A stretch of DNA of 64,000 bases from Fistulifera solaris (Eukaryota). This document shows positions 37,591 to 49,618 of the stretch, piece after piece; the first letter of the stretch is position 1; each line of letters starts with the position of its first letter. The notes beneath the pieces were generated by a model. That model was not told where the DNA came from. It made no database searches and saw nothing but the letters and a program-made list of their open reading frames with translations. A program made the position numbers and the translations under genes. Location of the stretch: NCBI GenBank assembly GCA_030295235.1, contig AP026141.1, positions 558,001-622,000 of the forward strand, written 5' to 3'.

Positions 37591-38040
37591 ATGGAATCAT
37601 CGGCCGCCAAAGTGACATTATTCGAAGACATCTTTGAAGTCAACGCCCTCAATCCCGACGGCTACAAATTCGATCGCGTCAATCGCATTCAAGCAATCGG
37701 CACTACGTTCGAATGCGAATTACTGTTAGATATCAATTGTGGAATTTATTCCCTACTGGAAGGTGAAAAATTCACGGCCGTCTTGGCCAGTACGTTGCAC
37801 CTAGACGGCAGTCCGGCCGACCACAGTTGTTACATGCCCCACACGACGGAACCCGATTTGAGTGACAATTACGAATACGTCATGCACGGACGTGTCTTTG
37901 ATATGGCGTTCAAGAAAGATGGGACTGTTTCGATATCAATTAGTTACGGAGGATTGTTGATGCGATTGGTGGGTGATGCGCGGCATTTGACGAGTATACA
38001 GCCCGATCAGCGATTGTTTCTTTTGCTTAAGAAAGATTAA
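37591..38040 (+). CDS. RPB8: RNA polymerase I/II/III shared subunit RPB8
   Basis: LFEDIFEV, KFDRVNRI, LLLDIN, YEYVMHG, SYGGLLMRL. Confidence 0.95.
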   Translation: MESSAAKVTLFEDIFEVNALNPDGYKFDRVNRIQAIGTTFECELLLDINCGIYSLLEGEKFTAVLASTLHLDGSPADHSCYMPHTTEPDLSDNYEYVMHGRVFDMAFKKDGTVSISISYGGLLMRLVGDARHLTSIQPDQRLFLLLKKD

Positions 38041-38151
38041 TGATTATACTAATCGACAGATAAAAAACTGATTTGAGTTTAAATTCAGGCGAAAATACAG
38101 TTGTGGAACAAGAAATATCAAAAGTACCAGTATATATTCGCACGAAGTCGT

Positions 38152-38978
38152 TTATAAAAGCTGTTCGTCACCATCCAGTGCGCGACGTCGCTTTTCGCCC
38201 GGCTCCTCGTCGCCGTCGGATACTTTTTCTGTACCATTATCTTTAGCAGCCGGACGATTCAGCTCTTGTTCTATGATCCAGTCGCGCAAAGGTGTTGTCG
38301 TTTGATAGCGTCCTTGGACTTCGGGTGAGGACCATTCGACTTTGAACGACCGCAAAGGACCACCTGTCCACTCCGTTCACGCCCTACATTATACGCCAGA
38401 GCAGAAAACGTATTACACAAGTCTTCTTTCGGCTTACCGGTCACGACGCAGGCCAAACGAAGAGCCCACTGATCAATGATATCACAGACCGTATCCACGG
38501 CCTTTTGAGATTCTTCTTTGCGGGGAGACTCCCGTGCTGCTTGAATGACACACTGCCGTTCCGGCGCCGTCCACAAGGCATCCGCCATCGTCATACCCGT
38601 CCGCCACAACGAGTTCCGATCTCTCGAATGTTTCCCAAAAGGAGAGTGAATGGTGGACAAATCCAACAACTCATTCGCTAAAGGATTCTGACGCATCTTC
38701 AACAAATACTGCAGTCCACCACCAATCGTCATTCCCCGCATCGATTCCAGTGACATGGGACGGGACTTTTTGGGTTGAAATTGCAGTTGCATTTTGCGCA
38801 TTTCTTCACTGCGTTGGATCAGCATTTGGAGAATGCCATCGAGTTGTTCGTCTTGGGCGCGGATGCGTTCGTCTTGGGCTTTGACCTTCGCGATCAATTG
38901 CGCGCATTGCTTTTCGAGTTTCGCAATTTGTTTGTGCAAATGCGCGTTGTTTGTAGTATTATTATTCGTAGGAGCCAT
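38152..38978 (-). CDS. Hypothetical coiled-coil protein, paralog of 39683..40591; frameshift near 38360
   Basis: Shares ADxLWT, D.W..R and TTPLR[DE]WI..QE motifs with the neighbouring gene. Confidence 0.6.
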
Positions 38979-39682
38979 TTTGTTTGTAATTTAGGTCTAC
39001 TAAAGAAAACTGATTGTATTGTTATCAATGCGCTTTTCATGAAACCCAACGGAGGTTAGTGACTGAATATAAACCAGTCGTGGCCCCTTAAAGCTGTGCA
39101 CCAATAAGGTAAAGAATTTTACGTATAGCACATTTATTCATATGCGTTGTCAGTGAGCCTAATTTATACTAACGCTTTTTCAAATATTTCACCGCATTCA
39201 TGGAGGCCTATATTATTTGCCTGCTGCTTCGTCACATGAGCTCCTTATACTTCTTATACATGCTTCCATACGCAGCACCGTGTCGCCGTATAAATTTCGA
39301 ATATTTTCCTTGTCGTAGATAGCTTCGCGTTTATGCCAATTCACGCGGTTTTACAGAATGGTAATGACGGATGCTGGTAACCATGACGCGAGAATAACAG
39401 GTAACTCATTCATGACGGTCTCTAGTCGCAGTAAAAATAAGTGAACAACTAAGAACGATAACGGTGTCGAAAAGAGAATACCGAATTTCGACGCAAAGAC
39501 GTGGGACCCTGAAAATGTAGCTAACGTTTTGTTGGAGAATCAAACACTGTCGAATTGCTAAGTTTTGATGAATAAGAATCATTGGTGCACTGCCTAATGC
39601 GATCGCAACGATGCAATTATTCGCAAGAATTAAAACAGTGTCGCAAATGTAAATTTACAGACACGTTCACTTTCAAAATCGG

Positions 39683-40591
39683 TTACAAAGAACGTTCGCC
39701 GCCACTGTTGTTCGTCGGCTGTTGATTCTTTACACTCGTTTCCATCGCCTCCAGCCATTTTTGCCGTTTCGCGGATTCCACTCGCGCCTTTTCCTCTCGT
39801 TTCCGTGCCTTTTCGGCTCGTTTCTTCTCCAAAATTACTTGTTCTTGCTGTTGAATCCATTCGCGCAGCGGTGTCGTGTGTTGAAATTCCGCTGCATTCT
39901 GAGGATTCCGCTGAAACGGCACAATGAATTCACGGAAATTCAACGATTTGGTGCCCAATATTTTTCCTGCTCCCGGTATAAAGGGTTTTCGCACATTCGT
40001 GTAGTGTTGTCCTTCCAAGGCAGCGGTCGCGCGGACGACCCACGTATCCAGGTGATCCAAGACACATTGGACTTCTTTGGGGAATTCCTGATCCAAGGGA
40101 TCTTGGGTGGCTTGCCGTACCATCTCTTGATCGCGGTCGGTCCATAAGGTATCCGCTAGCATTAGACACAAGACCCATCGCGAATATCCTTCTCGCGGAT
40201 CCATTTCGTACGGACACGTCAACGTTGACAAAGTGCTTTGTTGCGATTCAAACCATTCGAGCAACGGTCGATCGGGACTTTTGCACAAATGCCGCAAGGC
40301 GGCTCCGACGGAAATACCATTCAAACTGGAAGCCGGGCGTGGTTCCGTCGGAGGCAACGTTCCGTGTTCGAGTAAATATTTCAATTTAAACAATTTCTTG
40401 TCACGTTCTTTGATCCATTTGTTCTGTTTGTCTAGTATAAGATGCGTTTCTTGCAATTGTTCGTGTATTTGTTCCAGTCGTTGCGGTGTGTTATCGTGAT
40501 AAACAGGCTCGTCCAAATGGAGGTCCTCTTCTTCGACGTCGTCGTCATTATCCGCAAAGAAGGGCAAACGGGAGGTTCTTGCGTGAAACAT
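39683..40591 (-). CDS. Hypothetical coiled-coil protein, paralog of 38152..38978
   Basis: 302-aa ORF; motifs LNGISVGAAL, MLADTLWT and TTPLREWIQQQE. Confidence 0.65.
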   Translation of the reverse strand: MFHARTSRLPFFADNDDDVEEEDLHLDEPVYHDNTPQRLEQIHEQLQETHLILDKQNKWIKERDKKLFKLKYLLEHGTLPPTEPRPASSLNGISVGAALRHLCKSPDRPLLEWFESQQSTLSTLTCPYEMDPREGYSRWVLCLMLADTLWTDRDQEMVRQATQDPLDQEFPKEVQCVLDHLDTWVVRATAALEGQHYTNVRKPFIPGAGKILGTKSLNFREFIVPFQRNPQNAAEFQHTTPLREWIQQQEQVILEKKRAEKARKREEKARVESAKRQKWLEAMETSVKNQQPTNNSGGERSL

Positions 40592-41106
40592 AGTGTATGT
40601 GATATTATATTGCTCTAATTGATTTTCTTATTAATTGATAAGGTCAGTGCTTCTGATGAGAAAGTAAGGATTCAAATCAAGAAAAGAAATACCGTAGCGA
40701 TTGCAAGAACGATAGAGGGTGAAAGGTATTAAAACAGAAGCGATGAAAAGATGATTGATTGTCAATGCGTCGCTTCGTCATCTTTTCGCATCGCATCATC
40801 GTCGCGTACTGCAATTTTTGCAATCGAAATACGGAGTAGTAGACGCAAAACGCTCGCGGAGGTCCTTGCGTCGTCCGCCTAAGCGAGAAGTGTTTCCGTT
40901 CAACAGTACCGCAAAGAGGTCAAACACGTTTTACAATACGAATACGCGCACGCCCACCTCCCGCCGTTCGGCAGCATTTTTTCTTGCGCTCGCGTTTTTG
41001 TTGTATTCATTCTTTTGTGTTGTTGCATTGCATTATCATTTAGTCGTTTCCTTTCTTTCATTCGATCTCTTGTGCATTTAGTAAAAGATAATTGGAGCAA
41101 CAAAAC

Positions 41107-42587
41107 ATGGGAATTAAAGGATTAGCCAAACTGATTTCGGACGAAGCCCCCGATGTACGTCAAAACGATCCTGCGTTTGCTTATTGTAGAAAAGCTGAAT
41201 ACGTTTTCGTCTATCTTTCTTTATGAACCTTTCCTTTGCTTTACTCGCTGACTCTACATACTCACTACGCTCCATATACTATCAAACTAACTTACTTACA
41301 CACAGGCGATTCGAGAAGTCGAATTAAAGTCACTACACGGCCGCAAAATCGCCATTGATGCGAGTATGGCCATTTATCAATTCCTCATTGCCGTTCGTAG
41401 CAACAACGGCGGGCAAGGACAATCCTTCATGTTAACGAATGCCGAAGGCGAAACGACGAGTCACATTCAAGGCATGTTCAATCGCACGATTCGTTACATG
41501 ACCGAAGGCATCAAACCCGTCTTTGTCTTTGACGGCAAACCCCCGGAAGTCAAAAGTGGCGAATTGTTAAAACGTCGTGAAAAACGAGAAAAGGCACAAC
41601 TCGCCTTGCAAGTCGCCACAGAAGAAGGCAACGTTGAAGAACAAGACAAACATTCGAAACGATTGGTCCGGGCGGGACAAAAGAAAATGATGATTGTCAA
41701 AAATTGTTGAAACTCATGGGCGTTCCCGTCGTGTTGGCACCGTGCGAAGCCGAAGCCCAAGCCGCGGCCTTGGCCAAGGCCGGTCTCGTGTACGCGGCCG
41801 GGACAGAAGATATGGATGCACTCACGTTTCAAACACCGGTATTGGTGCGGAAAATGACCTTTGCGTCGGCCAGTAAAAGCATGGTGCAAACGATGAACTA
41901 TGCGAAAGCTTTGGAAGGCATGAATCTGACGCAGGCGCAGTTTGTCGATTTATGGTAGGTGTTTTTGTATGCTATGTATATGTGTAGGTTGTGTTTGGTA
42001 CTTTGCACTGTTTTCTCATTAAGTTCACTCTTTTTTCTTTCTTTCCTATCCTTATTTTAAAGTATCATGTTGGGATGCGATTATTGTGACACCATTAAAG
42101 GTGTCGGGCCTAAAACAGCACTCAAATTGATTCGAGAACATGGTTGTATTGAAAATATATTGAAGCATTTGGATGGAAAGAAGTATGTCGTCCCCGAATC
42201 GTGGTTGCCTCCTCCGGCGGAAGCAGAATCGGATCAGGAAAATTCGGTAAGCGACGATCACCAGCCCATTCCGGCCTATGTATTGGCACGTCGCATGTTC
42301 AATGAACACGAAGTATTGACGCATGCTGAATTGAAATGGAAACCGTGTGAACGAGAGGAATTGACAAAGTTTTTGGTAGGTGAAATGGGATTCAATCCCG
42401 ACCGGGTCGCGAGTAGTATTGACAAGTTAGAAGCCGCCTACAAAGCCAACAAAGCTCCGCAAACGCGGATGGATGCCTTTTCGCTGTGCAGCCCAAGAAA
42501 CCGACGGATGCGAGTGTAAAACGCAAAGTCGAACCAGTTGTCAAGGGAAAAGGCGCCAAAGGACCGGCGGCCAAAAAGAAGCGTTAG
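41107..42587 (+). CDS. FEN1: Flap endonuclease 1; introns 41155-41305 and 41955-42062, frameshifts near 41683 and 42480
   Basis: [54 protein letters not shown] and PIP box QTRMDAF(F). Confidence 0.95.
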
Positions 42588-42755
42588 TTGTGTAGGCGAG
42601 CGACTATATAGAACGGGAGGTTCGTTACATGTAAGAATACAAAATCATTGAAGTTTTTGCACGTATCAAAGAGTGGAGTCTAGAAAGATTAAGACAAAAT
42701 CAATAGTCGAATGTCGACGGTGTGTGTCTCGATCATCGCTTCTGCTATGAATCGC

Positions 42756-44156
42756 TCACAATCCTTCCAAAGACACCATTTTGAATTCCGTTGTTCCGTC
42801 TTTCGTTACTCGGTGAGTCAGAATAGGCGGCGGCACCGGCGGCACTTCCGCAGCAATCGTAAAACTCCGAAACAAGCGTTCGTAACATGCTTCCGCCTCT
42901 GCCAAGGTCGACTTGTGATAGACTTCGACCAAGACATCGCCTGTACGCACGGCGTCTCCGACTTGACGGTGAAATCGCATCCCCGCCCACGGATCGACCG
43001 ATGCACCGGCTTGGGTACGACCGGCACCCAATGCCACGGCGATTAAACCCACTTCGAGTGCGTTAATGTCGTGCACGTAGCCATCGTGGCGTGCGCGCAA
43101 CGCAAAGGATACGGTATCGACCGGCGCCGTTCGTGTCATGTACGTCTCACAATCCGAAACGGCCGTGACATCGCCGCCTTGGGCTTGGACCATTTCTTTG
43201 AATTTCGCTAATGCTTGGCCACTTTTCAATTGTTGATACGCCTTTATCACGCACGACTCGTACGAGACTGTTGGATTCTGGTGATGCAACATTTCTCCGG
43301 CTTGATGGATAATCAATTCAATCAATGCTTGACTTTGCCGAACGGTGGTATTGTCTTGCCATCCTTGCAACAATCGTATGCATTCCCATACTTCCAGCCA
43401 ATTGCCCGTCGCCCATCCCAAAGGATGATCCATCCGCGTCAAGAACGCCGTCGTGGGACACAATCCATTCGCTTCTCCTGTAGCAACTAAACTCATGGCC
43501 AATTGATGGGCTTCGTCTCGACTGGGTGAAAAGGCTCCCACACCATATTTGACATCCAAAACCAGTGAATTCGGCCGTTCGGCAATTTTCTTGGACATGA
43601 TACTACCGGTAATCAAGGGGATGGACCAGACGGTCCCCGTGACATCCCGTAGGGCATACAATTTCGCATCGGCCGGACAGATCGAGGGTCCCGTGGTATT
43701 AATAATGCACCCGACTTTTTGACAAATGCTTTGAAACTCGGCGACATTGAAATCGGTCCGAAAGCCCTGAATACTCTCCAGTTTGTCAATCGTGCCTCCT
43801 GTATGCATCAAACTTCGTCCAGCGTACATCCCTATTTGAATGTTTCCGAAACTTGCGACTAAGGGAGCTAACACAATCGAAACCGAATCCGAAACTCCTC
43901 CCGTGGAATGCTTGTCGCAGCGGTACGTACTGGAGGACCACAGTAGTTGCTCTCCCGATTCGACCATGCAACGGGTCAACGTTGCTGTTTCACGGGCGGA
44001 CAATCCGTTACAACAAACGGCCATGAGCCACGCCGACATTTGATAATCTTTGACGTTTCCTTGCAGGTATTGCTGCAAGAAGGTTTCAATCTCTTCGTCC
44101 GTGTGTTCGCGCAATTGAAACCGACGGGTGCGTATGAATTCGACCGGGTTAAACAT
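42756..44156 (-). CDS. Thymidine/pyrimidine-nucleoside phosphorylase
   Basis: DYQMSAWLMA, DKHSTGGV, HTGGTIDKLESI, LYALRDVTGTV, SIMSKK, LDVKYG.GAF, LGAGR. Confidence 0.92.
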   Translation of the reverse strand: MFNPVEFIRTRRFQLREHTDEEIETFLQQYLQGNVKDYQMSAWLMAVCCNGLSARETATLTRCMVESGEQLLWSSSTYRCDKHSTGGVSDSVSIVLAPLVASFGNIQIGMYAGRSLMHTGGTIDKLESIQGFRTDFNVAEFQSICQKVGCIINTTGPSICPADAKLYALRDVTGTVWSIPLITGSIMSKKIAERPNSLVLDVKYGVGAFSPSRDEAHQLAMSLVATGEANGLCPTTAFLTRMDHPLGWATGNWLEVWECIRLLQGWQDNTTVRQSQALIELIIHQAGEMLHHQNPTVSYESCVIKAYQQLKSGQALAKFKEMVQAQGGDVTAVSDCETYMTRTAPVDTVSFALRARHDGYVHDINALEVGLIAVALGAGRTQAGASVDPWAGMRFHRQVGDAVRTGDVLVEVYHKSTLAEAEACYERLFRSFTIAAEVPPVPPPILTHRVTKDGTTEFKMVSLEGL

Positions 44157-45105
44157 TGTGTGTGTTGCGAATATTGTGATGTGAAATAGTTGTATAGAAA
44201 GGGAAGAAATCCGAGGAAAGAAGAGTTGCAATAAGGAGCAGCGTGATGGCAGCGCTTTGTGCTGTCACGCTTTCTTGTCTCAATGATTGAAGAATCGAAA
44301 GGATTGCAAACGATTGAAGGAACGGGAAAGTAATTAAGAGCAGCGTGAAAAAATTTTAGGTGAAAGAAGGAATAAGAAAGTATCTAACAGCAGCGTGACA
44401 ACAATGATAGATGATGAGACTTTGTGGCAAATGCGTTTTGTCGCCTCTTATATACTCGGAGTATTTGTTTTTTGCGGACGAGGCGGGCTCGCGCGCAGCC
44501 GAGCGCGGTCATGCGAAATACGGACTAAAATAAAATGAAATGAAAATTGAGAGTTTAGCGTACTTATGTCCTATCCCTGTAACAGATTCATTAATCCCTC
44601 TCTCTAGGTTAATACCTAGAGCGGATTACCAAGTCATCACCGAGGCATTGAACATGGGGGCTGCCATCTGATTCGGAGCAGAGAGCGCCGTCATGAATTA
44701 TGAATGATTATGAATCACGAGTCACAACTGCGGCCTCCTGTGGACACGGGGAGTCAGAGTTCAAGTGCACACATGTTCGATGTTGATCACCGTCGATTGT
44801 TTTACAAAAATGAGTTCCGTTCTGCATTATTTTGGCAATGCAAATCTCAGCGGATCGTTTTTCAAAGTGACTATAACCTTGAAATGTAGACGACCTTTTC
44901 CACGACTGCTGAAGTCTTGAATGAGAAGGAACTGCTGTCACCGTTCACCGTACGTCCGTCGAACGGAAAAGCCATCACCGCGTGCAACTTTGGCAAAACG
45001 CTCCGTGTTATTTTTGGGTGTTGCTTTTTCTACTCCGTATTATTATTTCTACTTTCTACGTTCCCTTTTCCTTTACCTCATTCATTCTAAAAAGCCCATA
45101 ACATC

Positions 45106-47790
45106 ATGTCTTCGTCGTCTTCAGTCACAGCTCTCTTTGTCTTTCGCACTCTCATGGAACAATACGGCCTGAAAGAAGCGGATCCGTTTCACTGGGAAGC
45201 CAAATGTTTCGGTTTGCCCATTTTGAAAGACGATTTGGATGCTTTGGTGCGATCCATTGCCTTTTCGTACGAAGGACATTTGTTAGAACGAACCGATAAG
45301 AGCACGAATTACTATCAATATCGTTGTATCGGCTGTTGTCAAGAAGTCAACGACACGGAAGCAGAATCCGAACGGCCCTTTTCGTTGTATTTCAAACAAC
45401 GCAAGCATGATCCTCGTTATTTTGATATCTGCCCTTCCAAATGCCATTTTCGCCACACTCATCACAATCATCAACCCACTTTTATTGTACCCGAAAAATA
45501 CAAGGGCGGAATGTTGGAAATTTATAAAAATTCACCCATTCTGTTACACTATTTTCAACAACTTTTCCAAGGCGACGAACCCTCGAAAGAAGCTCGATCG
45601 TACAAAACGGCCATGGCGTTTCTCTCCACCACGAAATTAGCCCAAGCCGCCATGTCGTCTTCGACGTATTCGCGACTCTATCAATACTTTCATCAACTGT
45701 ATCAACAAGAACAACACAATTATCATTCATTGTTGCGACCTTATTTGTTGCAATATATTGCTCAGAATCGGACGGCCAATGTTTTTCTACAAGCCGATAC
45801 GGAAGGTTCCCTGTATCGTATGTTTCTCTCGGTGCCCGAGGTGGCGCAATTGGTCGAAACGGTCGGTGTGAATGGATTGTTTGTCGATACCGTCACTTCC
45901 ACGAAGAAGGATTATCACGGGACTTTACTGTATGTCATGGCTTTCACTGGTCAAGCCGAATGGATAGCCTTGGCAGCCGCTTGGTGTCCTCAAGACAATG
46001 CCGCGGGGCTACTCTTTGTCGTGCAAATGCTGGCGGCTTCCGGAATATCGTTCTCAAAAACACCCGTCTATACGAGTCAGGGGGCCTTCTTGAGTGCCGT
46101 GACAGTCGCGCAACGCGATTTTCAAATCGAAGTATCTCTCAAATACACCATCGATCTACTTCTGACGCAAATTATTCGACATTTTTCCATCGACGCGAAT
46201 GACCCACGTGTTCCCGAAATTCGACAACACATCCATGCGTTGCAGGCGGCACCGACCATTGCCTCCTTTCTCGTGGCGTGTGAGAAATTTCGAAACATGG
46301 TTCCGGAACGAGCGACTCCTGTCTTAAAGTATATGATGCGAAACATTCATCCTCGTCATTGGACCGTCTTTGGGAACAATGCTCAAATCTCGGATGAGGA
46401 ATGGGCGCCGGACTATTTTAATTGTCTGGGCCGGTACATGGGCATCACGGATCACTGGACCGTTGTGCAACGCGAGTTTCTTCACGATCCGGTGCCCTTG
46501 GGTCAGAAGTTTCCGCTCCTGGGGTTTTTGCGATCGAATCGTGCGGAATCGACGGCCGAATGGTTTCAGAAACAACAAGTTCGGAATGGCCTACCACCGG
46601 ATGCCGCGCATCACTTTTTGAGTGTATCGGCGGCCGCGATCACGCACTGTCAGCACCAAATAGCCGTCATGCATTCCCGAAAAATTCCATGTACGGATAT
46701 CGCAGCCCGACTCTTCGTCGAAGCCACCCGTGGACGGGAACGCTGCAGTGTGCCGACGGCGCATCCTCCCAATGTGCCCATCCATATCACAGATACGACA
46801 CAAGGCTTTCAACGCATGTATATCGTCCGGCACAATGCAACGGATTCGACTCGAGCGTATACCTGCACGTGTTATCTTTTTAGCAATTACGGTGTCCCAT
46901 GCTGCCATATTCTGGCCGTTCGAAAGGCACAGAAGAAAAGCGATCACGATCTTCCAAAACTGCTACCCAAATGGGGCAGTGTAGAAGCCGTGGCAAACTA
47001 TTTGACACGCGGGCGGCAATCACAGCAACCATACTCTATGAAACTATCTTGTTGGTCTGATATTCGAGTCAAAACAGACGAGGATGTCCTGAAACCAGCT
47101 CCTGTGTACATTTCGAGCCCAACGACCGAGAACTTGACCAACGCATTATCAAGCAGCAGTCGAAAACTGCCGAGTTCCGCTCAACCCCCTAAAAAGAAAA
47201 AAGCCCGCACGACACAGGCGTCGGAAGCAAATTCAGATGAGGTTCCGAATAGTTCGGAAAGTGAGCAGCGGTCGTTCGACGACATTGTTGGCGGTCGAGT
47301 ACTGGTGGCGCATGTCGCGGTTCCCGACATTCTGATGCGGCACGGTATTCAATGGAAGGTCGACGAAAATATTGGCGGCGAGTTTTCTCGACGGACTGAT
47401 GCGCTACCAACGACTCCTCCACTACAGATGAAAAGCAAGAAAAAGGGTGTCGAGACGGAGGACGTGATTGCCCGGAAAAGGGAAGCTGCTTGGTTTTTGG
47501 AAGAAATGGTACACCGTGAAGTTTTCGTTGCCCATACTAACACAAGGCAAATTGATTCGGCGGCTCATCAAGCAGTGCTCTGCACCGCAAGAAAAGAAGA
47601 AGCACCGGATGACTCTCTGGCTCGTGCACTGTCATTTTCGCAAAGACTTGTAGACATTGGAGCTCATCACGAACCAGTCGAGCAAGATGGATTGGGCGAT
47701 GCTGTAATTGCTCGCGAAGCGGACTTGAGTGCCAAGGATGGAGGCAGCCTCACAGTTGAAACGAGGGAAGTGGTGGACATGATGATCTAG
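45106..47790 (+). CDS. MULE (Mutator) transposase-derived protein with FAR1-like Zn finger and SWIM domain
   Basis: Uninterrupted 894 aa: N-terminal C..C...HxH, MULE-like core (LFVD...Y.GTLL...A..G....IALA.A....DN), NRAES, SWIM CTC.......PCCHILAV and NLS PPKKKKAR. Confidence 0.75.
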   Translation: MSSSSSVTALFVFRTLMEQYGLKEADPFHWEAKCFGLPILKDDLDALVRSIAFSYEGHLLERTDKSTNYYQYRCIGCCQEVNDTEAESERPFSLYFKQRKHDPRYFDICPSKCHFRHTHHNHQPTFIVPEKYKGGMLEIYKNSPILLHYFQQLFQGDEPSKEARSYKTAMAFLSTTKLAQAAMSSSTYSRLYQYFHQLYQQEQHNYHSLLRPYLLQYIAQNRTANVFLQADTEGSLYRMFLSVPEVAQLVETVGVNGLFVDTVTSTKKDYHGTLLYVMAFTGQAEWIALAAAWCPQDNAAGLLFVVQMLAASGISFSKTPVYTSQGAFLSAVTVAQRDFQIEVSLKYTIDLLLTQIIRHFSIDANDPRVPEIRQHIHALQAAPTIASFLVACEKFRNMVPERATPVLKYMMRNIHPRHWTVFGNNAQISDEEWAPDYFNCLGRYMGITDHWTVVQREFLHDPVPLGQKFPLLGFLRSNRAESTAEWFQKQQVRNGLPPDAAHHFLSVSAAAITHCQHQIAVMHSRKIPCTDIAARLFVEATRGRERCSVPTAHPPNVPIHITDTTQGFQRMYIVRHNATDSTRAYTCTCYLFSNYGVPCCHILAVRKAQKKSDHDLPKLLPKWGSVEAVANYLTRGRQSQQPYSMKLSCWSDIRVKTDEDVLKPAPVYISSPTTENLTNALSSSSRKLPSSAQPPKKKKARTTQASEANSDEVPNSSESEQRSFDDIVGGRVLVAHVAVPDILMRHGIQWKVDENIGGEFSRRTDALPTTPPLQMKSKKKGVETEDVIARKREAAWFLEEMVHREVFVAHTNTRQIDSAAHQAVLCTARKEEAPDDSLARALSFSQRLVDIGAHHEPVEQDGLGDAVIAREADLSAKDGGSLTVETREVVDMMI

Positions 47791-48210
47791 AGTGAAAGAA
47801 TTTTGACACGAATTTTATGCTTGGGCTTCATTCCTGGGCGAATGGTCGACAACTCAATTCAAACGTACAAGCTTGGAAAACGCATAGTGCTTTACAACTG
47901 CATTGCGCAAGCAGATCAACAAGAAGAATGATGTCTTCGCTGTCGATCGTCTCCTTATGAATTTTGAGAAAAGCAACGATTTTAGCTGCTTATGGCTACT
48001 TAGTTATCTTCAATGGTCAGTAAACTACTTTAACAATTACACATAGGTCGATTGCTGAATTTCCTCTCTTTTATGCGGCTGAGGGCTCTTTGGCTGTATA
48101 CGATCCCGGAACAGCCTCGCATGCAATTAAAAAATGTTCTCGATGGATACAGAATGCGAGCCTCATCAAGCGATTATAGCAGCCGTCATTTAACTTATGA
48201 ATTGTCGCTT

Positions 48211-49618
48211 TCAAGCATCCCGTGGGGCTTCTTCTTGAAGATTTTCTGTTACACCCGTTTCTTCTCCTCCATTTTCAGTACTGTTGCTGTCTAGCTGTTC
48301 CGTCGCAGAAGCTTGCAAACTAGCCGCAATGGCCATGGCCAACTGCTCTTCTTCCGTCAACCCGGTCATGAACAGGTCACTCGACGTTGACAATAATCCC
48401 AAAGATTGACGTTCTTCCATACTCAACGACATGGTCGCCTCCAGTAAGGCCGCATCATCCGATCCATTTCGATCCTGATCCAAAGCATTCAAAATTCGAT
48501 TCCAATCTCGTCGTGCCGTACCTCCTCCGAGTCGTAACACGCGTGTATTCTCATTCGTATTATTCCGATTCATCAAACTATTCCGATGATGCTCCAATTC
48601 ATTTTGTATCCACCGTTCTTCTTCTTCCATCCGCAGTCGCAGCGCCAAGGGATGTTTTTGTTGTGCTTGCATTTCGGCTTCGAGTTGCCGACGTTCGGAA
48701 GCCGACAGTGCCAAAGCTTCCAGTGGAGGTGACTCGCGTCCTTCGGACGAAATGCTTTCGGATCGTGCTTTCATCAACAAGAATCGGGAATCTTGTTCGA
48801 GTGAGGCACCAAAGATATTGGTGGAGGTGCTGCTGTGGCCGGACGAGGTCATGCCCGAAGCGTGAAAATCGCTGGTGCTGTGCGCCGAAGATGCCGAAAG
48901 AGTCTCTTCGGCCAGTGGTTGGGGACAATTCTCATCGTGAGGAGGTTCGTATTCTTCGGGTGGTGGTTGTTTGTTTTCAATGGCCCGTTCGGGGTCATTC
49001 CGTGCCCGAATCCGTTCTTCTTCGACCGCCCGTTGTTGCAATTCATTATGAGTGAGGCCTTGTTTGATCGATACAACCAATTTCGGATTGTTACAAAACG
49101 GACAGACCGATTTTTCTCGTTGAGGGTGCACTTGCAGATAACATTCCGTACACAATACGGCCTGACAACATTTGGTGACATTGACTTGTCCGTAATTCAG
49201 GAAGCAAATGGGGCATTCATGGTCCGATTCTTTCGTTCTTCGTTCCGTTCCTTTCTGTCGCGCCGCTAATTTTCCGTCTCCGATTAATCGACGAATCACT
49301 TTATCTTCCCAGTGACAAGATGGATACAATCTGTTGTGAAAAGACGATTATGCGAACACTTCAGTGAGAGAAGGAGGATTTATCACGAAAAGATAGAACG
49401 TATAATCGACTTAATTGATAAGAACAAGCGTCCTATCCTATTCCTCAAGCAAGTAACATCCAGAATCTTTTATCACCCTCTGCTCTTTTCGTCCTTAAAG
49501 GAACTTACCCACTCGGTCGACATCGTTCATCCAATTCGAGTCGACTTAAACCGAGAACATTCGATTGCCGTAATCGTCCTCCTATTCTTCCGCTTTCCTG
49601 TGATGCTTTATTTCCCAT
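48211..49618 (-). CDS. SIP5/DA2-like RING protein with C-terminal UIM; intron 49331-49508
   Basis: MGNKAS start, LY....W..KVIRRLI..GKLA, ECPICF......TKCC...LCTECY...CPFC, UIM TEEEQLAMAIAASL. Confidence 0.8.

Noticed and set aside
23608..42587. Calling KAE1, FEN1 and other frameshifted genes pseudogenes or programmed frameshifts
   Set aside because: The indels sit mostly in homopolymers, go in both directions and show no other decay, so sequencing error is the simpler explanation.
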